NCBI RefSeq assembly: GCF_902652985.1
Contig: NC_047017.1
Coordinates: 41,850,001 to 41,914,000, forward strand
From: Pecten maximus
Taxonomy: Eukaryota
DNA: 64,000 nt
Direction of reading: 5' to 3'
A model generated the notes under the pieces. It ran no database searches. It was not told the origin of the DNA and was given only the letters and a program-made list of their open reading frames with translations. Shown here in pieces: positions 49,965-62,500 of this stretch. The position numbers and the translations under genes were made by a program. Numbering within the stretch: the stretch's first letter is position 1; every line of letters starts with the position of its first letter.

Positions 49965-50932
49965 ATTCCTTTGTGGAAGGGTGTTCAATGGAAATGGCAA
50001 CCTTTGTGGTAGGGTGTTCAATGGAAATAGCAACCTATGTGGTAGGGTGTTCAATGAAATAGCAACCTGTATGGTAGGGTGTTCCATGGAAATAACTACC
50101 TTTGTGGTAGGGTGTTCAATGGAAATAGCAACCTATGTGGTAGCGTGTTCAATGGAAATAGCAACTTTTGTGGTAGGGTGTTCAATGGAAATAGCTACAT
50201 TGTACCTTTGTGGTAGGATGTTCAATGCAAAAACATACCATTGCGGTAGGGTGTTCAATGGAAAACGCTACCTTTACAGTCGGATGTTGAATTGAAAAGG
50301 AAATATCTGCGGTAGAATGTTGAATGGAGATACTAAACTTTGCGGTCGGATATTGAATGGAAATAACAACTATTTGTGGTAGAAGTATTGAAAGGAAAAA
50401 ACAACCTTTGCGGAAGGGATGTTAAAGGAGAATACCAACAATGGCGATGGGAGGTTAACAACCTTAGAGTTGGGGTGTTGAATGGAAAAACAACCTTTGC
50501 GGTAGGGGTGTTATATGGAAATAATTTAATTTTGTATGAAACACGCATTTTCATTGGCTGAAATAATTTTGTTATACCTCCATAACAAAATTTTTGACGT
50601 TGCGAAATGTAACGTCATTTTTGATTGGCTGATGACATTGCGTAATAATTTATCACAGAAAAGAGTTCGCCAAAGAAAGTGAAATATCTTGGTGTGTATA
50701 AGACGAAATTAAATTATAAGAATTAACATAAATTATTTTTTCTGTTATACAGTCATAACAGAAAAAACTGGAATGTACTCAAAATAAACCGCGAAGCGGT
50801 TTATGAAGAGAGTACACTCCAGTTTTTTATGTAACAGAAAAAATAATTTATGTTAATCCTTAAATAACAACATTTGTGATAGAAAATGTTAACTCTAAAG
50901 AACCTTAGAGTTCGGGTGTTGAATGGAAATAG
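49965..50932. repeat. Degenerate 33-bp minisatellite (CCTTTGTGGTAGGGTGTTCAATGGAAATAGCAA) interrupted by an insertion
   Basis: Periodic from 49965 to 50524 and resumes after 50862. Confidence 0.85.
50519..50867. mobile_element. Non-autonomous hairpin element, Crypton-like
   Basis: Bounded by 6-bp direct repeats AAATAA (50519-50524, 50862-50867), no TIRs, and a ~145-bp subterminal palindrome (50717-50862) with a GCGAAGC apex. Confidence 0.6.
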
Positions 50933-51454
50933 CGATGGAGAACTAAGGCCCTACGTTCTCTTAGTTAACAGAACCTAGTGGTGAAGACTTTATCACACAA
51001 TCGGAATATGTGACATCATACTAGGAACTAAAAACACTGTTATTGGCGAAGATAATGGCATTCTACTTTGGTAGTCTAATACGGATTTGTAACTCCTGTG
51101 GACAATGTTCCAAACGAGATCGTGATGGAAGCGTATATTCTCGAGATATGATATAATGTATCAGTGATAAGAGAACACATCCCGCTATTTGAAACTGTAA
51201 ACACAACAAAGGCTACGCTATCTGATAATGTAAAACCGGCAAAGGTCAATTGAAAGGCATGGCACATGCTTTATTGACATATGTCATCCAATAACTGGGT
51301 CGCTTTATTGGCATGTAACATTCCCAACCCCGGTCGCGGGGTCCATCAAACTGAATACCAAAAGTTCATGTAAATGGTGTTACTTATTTTGTGTAATCTC
51401 TTTATCATCAACTTCTGCAATGTCCGATTAACTAATGTTGATATTAACGCTTAC

Positions 51455-53070
51455 ATTACACTGATACAACGCTAACAGTCCACTACCGTAACACTAACAT
51501 TATACTGAGGTAACACTAACATTACAGTAACGTAATACTAACATTACACTGACGTAACACTAACATTACACTGACGTAACACTAACATTACACTGATGTA
51601 ACACTAACATTACACTGACGTAACACTAACATTACACTGACGTAACACTAACATTACACTGACGTAACACTAACATTACACTGACGTAACACTAACATTA
51701 CACTGACGTAACACTAACATTACACTGACGTAACACTAACATTACACTGATATAACACTGACATTACACTGATGTAACACTAACATTACACTGATGTAAC
51801 ACTAACATTACACTGACGTAACACTAACATTACACTGACGTAACACTAACATTACACTGATATAACACTAACATTACACTGACGTAACACTAACATTACA
51901 CTGCGACTGTAACACTAACATTATACTGAGGTTAACACGAACATTCACTAGACGTAACACTACAATAACTGGACGTAACACACTGATCACTGACGTAACA
52001 CTAACATTACACTGACGTAACACTAACATTACACTACTGTAACACTAACATTCCACTACCGTAACACTAACATTACACTGATACAACGCTAACATTCCAC
52101 TACCGTAACACTAACATTACACTGATACAACGCTAACATTACAGTAACGTAACACTAACATTACACTGACGTAACACTAACATTACAGTAACGTAACACT
52201 AACATTATACTGAGGTAACACTAACATTACCCTGACGTAACAATAACATTACACTGACGTAACACTAACATTACACTGAGGTGGCACTAACATTACACTG
52301 ACGTAACACTAACATTACACTGACATAAAACTAACATTATACTGAGGTAATGCTAACATTAAACTGACGTAACACTAACATTATACTGACGTAATACTAA
52401 CATTACACTGACGTAACACTAACATTACACTGCCGTAACACTAACATTACAGTAACGTAACACTAACATTACACTGACGTAACACTAACATTACAGTAAC
52501 GTAATACTAACATTACAGTAACGTAATACTAACATTACAGTAACGTAATACTAACATTACACTGACGTAACACTAACATTACACTGATGTAACACTAACA
52601 TTACACTGACGTAACACTAACATTACACTGACGTAACACTAACATTACACTGACGTAACACTAACATTACACTGACGTAACACTAACATTACACTGACGT
52701 AACACTAACATTACACTGACGTAACACTAACATTATACTGAGGTAACACTAACATTACAGTAACGTAATACTAACATTACACTGACGTAATACTAACATT
52801 ACACTGACGTAACACTAACATTACACTGACGTAACACTAACATTATACTGACGTAACACTAACATTACACTGACGTAACACTAACATTACACTGACGTAA
52901 AACTAACATTACACTGACGTAACAAACATTACACTGATGTCACAATAGCATTACACTGATGTCAAAATAACATTACACTGATATCACACTAACATTACAC
53001 TGATGTAACACTAACATTACACTGATCTCACACTAACATTACACTGATCTCACACTAACATTACACTGAT
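51455..53070. repeat. 22-bp minisatellite (ACACTAACATT-ACACTGACGTA, a dimer of related 11-mers), about 73 copies
   Basis: Direct periodicity. Confidence 0.97.
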
Positions 53071-53074
53071 AGCC

Positions 53075-54520
53075 GCTTATAGTTTCCAGTAATCACGATT
53101 TATAACCACTTACAGTTTTAAGTAAATATCACGATTGATTGCTACTTACATTTTAAAGTAAACATCACGATTGATGTCTACTTACAGTTTTAAGTAAACA
53201 TCACGATTAATTCCTACTTACAGTTTTAAGTAAACATCATGATTAATTCCTACCTACAGTTTTCAGTAAACATCACGATTGATGTCTACTTACAGTTTTA
53301 AGTAAACATGACGATTGATGTCTACTTACAGTTTTAAGTAAACATCACGATTAATTCCTACTTACAGTTTTAAGTAAACATCACGATTGATTCCTACTTA
53401 CAGTTTTAAGTAAACACCACGATTGATGTCTACTTACAGTTTTAAGTAAACATCACGATTGATTCCTACTTACAGTTTTAAGTAAACATCACCATTGATT
53501 CCTACTTACAGTTATAAGTAAACATCACGATTGATTCCTACTTACAGTTTTAAGTAAACATCACGATTGATGTCGTTTACAGTTTTAAGTAAACATCACG
53601 ATTGATGTCTACTTACAGTTTTAAGTAAACATCACGATTGATTCCTACTTACAGTTTTAAGTAAACATCACGATTGATGTCGTTTACAGTTTTAAGTAAA
53701 CATCACGATTGATGTCTACTTACAGTTTTAAGTAAACATCACCATTGATTCCTACTTACAGTTTTAAGTAAACATCACGATTGATTCCTACTTACAGTTT
53801 TAAGTAAACATCACCATTGATTCCTACTTACAGTTATAAGTAAACATCACGATTGATTCCTACTTACAGTTTTAAGTAACACCACGATTGATGTCTACCT
53901 ACAGTTTTAAGTAAACATCACGATTGATGCCTTTTTACAGTTTTAAGTAAACATCACGATTGATGTCTACTTACAGTTTTAAGTAAACATCACGATTGAT
54001 GCCTACTTACAGTTTTAAGTAAACATCACGAATGATGTCTACTTACAGTTTTAAGTAAACATCACGATTGATGCCTACTTACAGTTTTAAGTAAACATCA
54101 CGATTGATGACTACTTACAGTTTTAAGTAAACATCACGATTAATTCCTACTTACAGTTTTAAGTAAACATCACGATTAATTCCTACTTACAGTTTTAAGT
54201 AAACATCACGATTGATGTCTACTTACAGTTTTAAGTAAACATCACGATTAATTCCTACTTACAGTTTTGAGTAAACATCACGATTGATGCCTACTTACAG
54301 TTTTAAGTAAACATCACGATTGATGCCTAGTGACAGTTTTAAGTAAACATCACGATTAATTCCTACTTACAGTTTTGAGTAAACATCACGATTGATGTCT
54401 ACTTACAGTTTTAAGTAAACATCACGATTGATGTCTACTTACAGTTTTAAGTAAACATCACGATTGATGTCTACTTACAGTTTTAAGTGAACACCAGGAT
54501 TGATACATCACCTATAGTTT
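53075..54520. repeat. 36-bp minisatellite (TACTTACAGTTTTAAGTAAACATCACGATTGATGTC), about 40 copies
   Basis: Direct periodicity; abuts the 22-bp array. Confidence 0.97.
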
Positions 54521-56531
54521 GATGTTTCAGCATTGACGTGATATATTGTTTGCCCAATTGAAAGAAACTTTTGTTATTTCCTCTAGTCGATAATTCAAAC
54601 TTTAGTGTACTGAACATCTTTTTCCTGTGTCTTCTTTCTTTGGAATGTTACCAAGACATTGGCAATATACGTAACAGAAAGAAAAAAACGGAAAGGACCA
54701 GGTTAGGCTTAGCCTGTTGTCTAATGTATTTATTTATTTATCTTTATGTAATTGTACATATATATATTACTTGATAATATACTAGTTTGACGTGAAATGA
54801 AAAAAAGGAAAAAGAAATTATAAAGACCACATTGTGGTCGAATTATAAATAACAAATGTCTCGAATAGCTCCTAATTGTATAGTTTGTTAGTAGAAAGTA
54901 ATGATTTTAGCTGGCTGATATGTTATTTATACATATTACATAATATATATTTATATGTTGTAGACTGTTTACCGCTGATATGCCCTACCATAATGTAAGT
55001 GCGTTTAGCACTCCATGATCATGACAACACTCCCCGGGTATACCCGCCTTCAAGGACAGGTGACCTTATTTGCGACACGACCACTACGTCATACCTGGGA
55101 CTTTGGTAAGCATACTTCTGTCACTGGCTATCTCACGCATTCCCAAAGCCTTGTCAGGCTGTATGTTTCTACAAATCATTTTAAAACAATACATATATGC
55201 ACGCCATTAAAATAACAAAGAAGATGATTCGCTTGTGTTGAATCTTAATTTATTTATTACTGACTTACAGACTTCCATCAGTACTGATAATACGAATATA
55301 TTGATAAATTTATACAGCTTAAATAACACATGTCTTCAGGAATCATCACTATAAAATAAAAAGAACACACCATAGATAGTTATTGTGCCGATATCACTTG
55401 CCATCAGCGCCAGCGGGGAGAAGATCCGGTTTTGTAAGTATGTTGAATTTTGCCCGAACGAAAGGACAAAAAAAAATTCTTTTCTTTAGAATCAAATCAT
55501 ATTTTTATTTTGTATTATGCACGCATATAATTCCCAAATGCAGAGCTGTACGAGAAAACATAAAAAAGTTGATAATATATAAAAATTAAGATAAAACTTA
55601 GAGAGATATTCCGCGACAATTACACAAGAGAACATCTGGTAGAAACTGCATACAATAGCACACCATCGGATGTATCAAGCATTTCGTTATTAACAACATA
55701 GAGCGTACATTTTACATCAGAGTAAATGTGTAACGGGAATAACTTCTATGAGTTGTGTCCCTTTGTTAGAAATATGTGTTACTATTCATGTTTTAGTTGT
55801 TATATTCTGTCATTGAATAAATAAATACCTCATGTCTTCATTGCATGGTGCCTTAAAAGTCCAATAAACCTGGGTTGTAGGTAAAATCTAACCATTACAA
55901 ATGTAACCATCATCGTTATCGACTGACAGTTTAATTTAATTTATTTCATCTAGCTGGAATAATCTATTTAACTTTTGATTTTCCCCTATGGTAATGACAG
56001 ATTGAACACATCACAACACCTATTGTAAGGTACAGAGGACGATGAAACATTCATTAAGCTCATTAAATGTTTGAGTATTCAACTATCGGGGCATTTCATG
56101 TTTAGGCAACTGACTGTTGAAAGGTTCGATTGATATGTAGCATAATGGATATTACTCATCGAGAATGGTTTTCATTTTTCTTAATTAAAAATGTGTATAT
56201 ACCGAAAGAATGTAAGATTTCGATATCTTTGTAACTTACTGATCTTGAGATGTTAAAGTGTAATTCTGTTTATCTTGACTGTACTTCTGTATGCATCACT
56301 AATAATAGTTTTATTATCAAATACATATAAAATGAAAATTAATTTAACTTTCGCTGTAATGAAGGTTCGCGATAATCGCAACGTGTTATTTTGAAATATT
56401 TCTAATGGAAGTTATAGTGTGTTTGTTTATAAAATGACTGAAAAAAGCGTTTCTGGCATGGTCTTTACGATATTGAAGTTATGTTTATATTTACATAAAA
56501 TAGATAAAGTATGTGACAATGTTTAGGTAGA

Positions 56532-59500
56532 ATGGATCCATATTACTACCTGGTGGGCCTAGTGCTGTTGGCCGGTCACACGAGTCGAGGAGAGTATCTG
56601 GGGGGATCCATGAGATATTCTCTGTATGAGGACAACGCTGTCATGGTGAGTAATCTTATTGTCATCTGTTTATATCACTAATAACCCATTATAGGGTGAC
56701 ATGCATTAGTCCCTCTCAAGCAGACAGAAGACATGCTCTTATTATCTATTACGATTTTATCAGTAATAATAAATATCAATTTTTAACTAATACTTTCTTT
56801 GTGTTACATTCAGTGATTTAACACTCAGCATAAATCTTAATACGTATTGTTGTTGACCTACTATATATATTTCCCCCAGTATTAGAACTGAGATATAGAA
56901 GCAAATACAATACATTGTACTATTGCTGTTTGAGATGGTGAATGTAACCATACTGACTGGATGGAAACTTGGAACTGGGCCATGCGGAAACGTATGCAAG
57001 ATAGGACAGTCCACCAGTTCAAGTCTCGGGGAGGATACTTTCGGCCGGTGGGTTACAGAGGAAGTAGGAACAGACTCGTTACACAATAGGGATATCACCC
57101 ATATGGTCGACAACACCTTACACCAAACTGTCATCGACATCAACACACGGGAAAACTGGGAACTGGAACTAGGGACGTTTTCTTTACCCTTACATGGACA
57201 TTCAATGAATATAATGTAAGTACTCAATCTGGTTAATTGTTCGATTTAATTACTTAAAGCTACAGTACCAATAATGTAACCACGATTCTTTATGTTTGTT
57301 TAGATAATTTCATTTCAAGGATTACATGTAGATGGTATTATATTATTATTGCTTTGTCCGATGTTTACACCACAACAATCACTTAGCTGGCTTATATCAA
57401 TGACACATGACTTACCGGAAAGTCCAAATATTTTGATATATACTTACTCATGGGCAAGAAAGTAATGTTTTGTTTTTACCAGGGTATTTTCAACTGTTGT
57501 TGTCTGATCTACAGTCATACAAGACATATGCAGCTCGTTGGGAAATAGAATAATATTTCAAACGTACTGAATTAAAGTATCTACCATTGAATGTACACTG
57601 TATATATACTTATTGCTATAAAATAATCTATGCAGGAAGCAGATATTGAATATATATTGAACTATGTGTGTACAAATAACGAATGCAGCATTTTGGTGGT
57701 GATTGAATATTTTTGGCAGAATGTTAATTTTTCTTTATGCCAAAACGAAAGTGTTCCGTCTATACTGGAAATGTTGTGAGATGTTTTGTATAAAAATGAA
57801 TACATGTACTGTTTTTGTTGCCGTAACATATCTGTGTTTGTATTTGTACTTGGTCTTAGTAGAAAATAAATGTTAGCAGGCCATAATGACATGGCTTAAA
57901 ATATCAGTGTTTGCAGTCTATACTTGTTTGTCATAAATATTGATGTTTGCCATGTACAATTGTTTGTCGTAACTGTTTAGTGTTTCCAGTTTATATAAGG
58001 TTGCCGTAAAACATCATTCCGGACAGAGTTTACTTGTTTGTCCTATCATATTTGTGTGCATAGTTGTCGTAAAAATGATAGTGTGAATTGTATGTGTGAT
58101 TTACCGTTTCTTTCTGTGAAATATTGTAAATCAATGTATTTTGTTATACAAATATTGATTCCAAAATCTTATAATCGTTTATACCCTAACTCCTGCAGAT
58201 ATTTCAAAAACAATATGGCTATGCTAACCGTTCAAACTGGAGTTACTAAGTCATACATGCAGATGAAAATCAACATGCCAGGAAATCGGTCAGATACTGG
58301 GATTCCGAACAGAAGTCCGATTACAGATAGTCGTCCATTTATGAGGTACTTGACAAAGCAGAATGCTGTCATATTATCCTGCTCATTGTAATTATTGATA
58401 AATAAGTGTTTCATGTTGATGATGTACATGCAGGAGGTCCAACAACCGTTCTTTCATTGCATGTATCTATGGCGTGGTACACATACATCCTGTATAAATT
58501 TACGCGATGGGACAGGTCTTATCTGCATTATAACTTAAATTTGTTATTCGTAAAAACAGAGATAAATTTACTCAACAGAATATTTATTAGATAATACTTT
58601 TTTATGACATATTATATAAAGAATTGTGACTTATGGCAAAATGTACAACGCGACACTTGTATACACCATGATTACATGTATATAAGGGATATTGATATGT
58701 TATCTAATATGCAAATTGGAACTACTGTGAATCTTTGGTGCCATTTATTCTGATAGAGTTCAGATGATCTTAGTGTATATTTAGATGGTAAGCTATGTAC
58801 TGGTCGTTATAGACTAGCCCTGGGACGCCACTATCACCTACGAATACCCACAGTCGACCCTGATCAGGACTTCGTGTCGTGCAGACTGCCACGTTACGTG
58901 GAGTTCCTGGACCTGTTCAGATCACCTGCTCCAAACGTCACAGTTAATGGGGTAAGGAGTCGCTATGTACATTGTAATGATATAGCAAGAAATATAAACA
59001 GTTTTTAAATAGAACTCAGAAATCAGAAATCAGTCTGGTTATGCAACTAACAAAATATTAAGATATACATATGAGCTGTATACATATGTTGCATACAGAA
59101 TATAAAGACGGTATTTGAGGGACTAATGCAATCAACTGTCGTCGTCATCTGCCATATCACAACTATGGAATGGGACAAGACTTTTCCTATGGCAATAATA
59201 TGGCGATATAAATGGTTACATGCATTTGTTTTGAACTAGGAAGAAGCATTTGTTGAGAATATTGTTCTAGATCATCCGGTACTGTAAAGCTTATATTTGG
59301 TGTTTGTGTGTGGTACGAACAATGGCCTGTGTTTCTCTGTTTTTCAAATGAGACGCAAGTACTACGGTAAAACATGAAGTTCCGAGACACTTCTTCATGT
59401 TGTGGCGGCATAAGAAGGCATGTTTTGATGATATACAGATTTCGTGAACATCATGCCTAATACAGGTGTGACAGTTTTTTGTGTGCCGTATTGGCATGTC

Positions 59501-62500
59501 TCACTATTTTTGTGCGTCACAAAATTAACATACTATAATGTTTGATGTATTGACTGTTTCAGAACTGTACAATTGACGTCTACACGGACCCCTCTGTCTA
59601 TAGTATTGGGGACACAACACTTGTCGGTGTAGTAGTGGAGGACTTTCCTAGAACACAAATACATATCCGAAACACATCTTCCTACCTGAATGGTTATTCC
59701 CAGAGTCTAAGTCAGACACCTGTTCAGGTAGAGCTGTTCAGCGCATGGTATTGCAAAACGTGATATTAGACAAAATATGATTTCGAATCAAAATACACAC
59801 TTATGAAATGGATTACTAAAGACGAAATTAATAAAAACCCTTTTATTGATTAAATGTTTTCAAACGCAGTACATGTTAATTCTAGTCGCCTGCAAATATT
59901 TACTTATATCGAATTGCTCTGATAAAAGGTAAAGGAAGTTATTTCGAAGACTGCCGTAATGAAGTTTTTGAAGCCTTAAAGAATTTTCTTGTTAAAACAC
60001 TTACTTATGATGGGGAACAAAAAAGTACATAATTCATAGAGAATCCACACCTTTTCATACTTGTGATGGAGAAACTCCGTTTCATCAGTTTTACTTTGAG
60101 GTCACTGACGGAGATGACGGTCCTGTGTTCATTCATCCACCGACACCCCCGAACGGCCAGGTGTTTACCTTATATAACGGAACAAAATTTACCATAGAGG
60201 TGTTTGCTAAACCAAGTGCCGAAAACAGGTATGTTGTTGTTCTAATGATTTGAAGAAAATGTCACGTATCTATACACGTTACTTTGAATTTGCGTATTGC
60301 ATGTTTTATCCCATCGATAGTAAACGTGTACCTACAAATTGTCTATTGGTTCCAACTCCTAAGTACTTCTAAAAGTTAACAATGCTTAAGACACCATCAT
60401 ATACTTATAATATGTAACGTAAGTTAAATTTTTTACAGAACAATTACAAATTTTCGCTTCGTAAGTGATGGTATGGCGAAATACTTGATGCGTTCACAGA
60501 TTCATGATCGTCATGACATTGGCCCGTTAGTCAGAAGTCAGCACGTGGTCTGGATACCGAGCACCGACATGTCGGGCTTCTACAGCCTGTGTATAATTGC
60601 CGAGGACAGCGAAGGGTAGTTAATCTTTTGATTTGTTTAAAGCTTTGATTTACATTGTTTTTGGTGTTGACACTATCATTAGACATTGTAAAATGAAAAC
60701 GTCCACATAACGTGTGTAATTGTGGCAATTAGATGTTACCTATAAAGCATTGTAATGGTTACTGGTGTATGGGAAATGAAGTTCAGCCTATTTTGCACTC
60801 CTGTAATTCACAGTAAAATTTGCGATAAATGAAAGAAAATTAACTTGGAAAAAAATACAAACATTTATAGAAAGATTACAATATACTTTAGTGATTGGCA
60901 TACATTGGACATTTAAATTTTCCCCTATACAGTTATAGTAGCTTGACATGCATGAAATTGATGTCGCTTCTTTTCTTTACAGTTTCTATTCCGTGCCCAA
61001 CTATTGTTTTACTATAGAAGTGAAAGGTATGTATAAACACAAAATAAGTATCTTATTAATTGATATTCCTGACATTATCGTCATTATTAGTTCATCGGAT
61101 ATCACCGACACTATTGGTCATCTGATACACAGGTCATATCCATTAAAGGAAATATATATAAAATATGAGACAGGAGAGAAATATCACAGACTTTCCGTTG
61201 AAAGACATTTTGTTTCAACCGTCTGGCACCCTCTGGAAACTGGTCCGAAATAATATAATAGTTAAAATGACATCATATTTATTTGAATTGAATTATTGAA
61301 TAATTCATAATGCTCTTTATGAAATCTGGATATAATTATGCACAGTCCACACTGATAGTTAAAGCACAGATTTGTTTCGCTTGAAATGATATTTTTTCTT
61401 TTGATGATTTTGAGTAAGGATTGCGTTTTCATTTAATTTCGTTTGTTATGGAATGCCGTTATAACATACTGATACAATCTAATCACATGTTGTGAATTAA
61501 TTAAACGGTATATTTTCTTTCCGTTCTAGATTATCCCAATGCAAAAGGAGATCTAACACTTCGACCGGTAAATATGAAACAATATTCACCCGACAACATA
61601 TTTCGACACATTAAGTCTATATGGTACGAAAATTTAATCCGTGAATTCGATAAATAAAACGGTCTGTCGATACATATGCGGCAGACATGAATGGCTTGGC
61701 TAAAAAGTGACACTACTATTTGTTGTAGGGCACCCCACAATATGTAAATTTTCCACAGCCGGACGAACTGAATTTCCCAGTGAATTCCGTAGGTTTGTTT
61801 CCTATTTATGCTGGCTATACTGCCAATGAGTAAGTATTATAGTAGCAGTACTTAGAATAGAATGTTTTAGAATCAGCAGTAGGCAAAGACTTGTATTCAA
61901 TAAAATTGATATTCTCCGTCTTAATTCTGTTTTTTTTCGTATATAAAGTTAAATCGTTTAACGATTGCATGACAGTAGAAAAGTTCTTGGAATGCTATTT
62001 AAAACGGTTACATATTAAAACCTACAACTGAAAAGCAGTATACAAACAGAGATACACGGTATATACAGTTTGTAGGTATTGTTCAATTGGTATCGAAAAA
62101 GCTGACATTGCATTATACATCTCTCTCAGTGGCAGTTTACTTATCCGGCTGACAAACAAAAGCTCCCAGGGTATGATGATGACATCAATCGACAACACGT
62201 CTACACTGTCAACATTTACAGTACAAACCCACAGTTCCCTAAACGGCAAACGAGATGTGTGTTTCCAAATAGGGAATGAGTAAGTTTTAGTCCAATTATC
62301 TTTTCTTTTTGATTATATTTGACAGTTCAGATTATAATATTTCCTGAAATACAGAATTTATATAAAAAGTTAGACGAAATTGCTATTTAGTCAATTGAAA
62401 CTATATATGTTTTTATTTATTCGTTTGTTTGATATACCATTTGATATTCTGTTAAAGTCCTTATTCAGTTCAGTTCACTCCTTTATTACGTTAAACCTTT

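Noticed and set aside
49894-50561. Cys-containing repeat ORFs (CGRVFNGNSNL)n
   Set aside because: A 33-bp unit gives open frames trivially; the frame shifts mid-array, there is no splice support, and an insertion interrupts it.
51900-52000. Burst of irregular monomers inside the 22-bp array
   Set aside because: The indel-dominated pattern is typical of poorly polished long-read consensus rather than biology.
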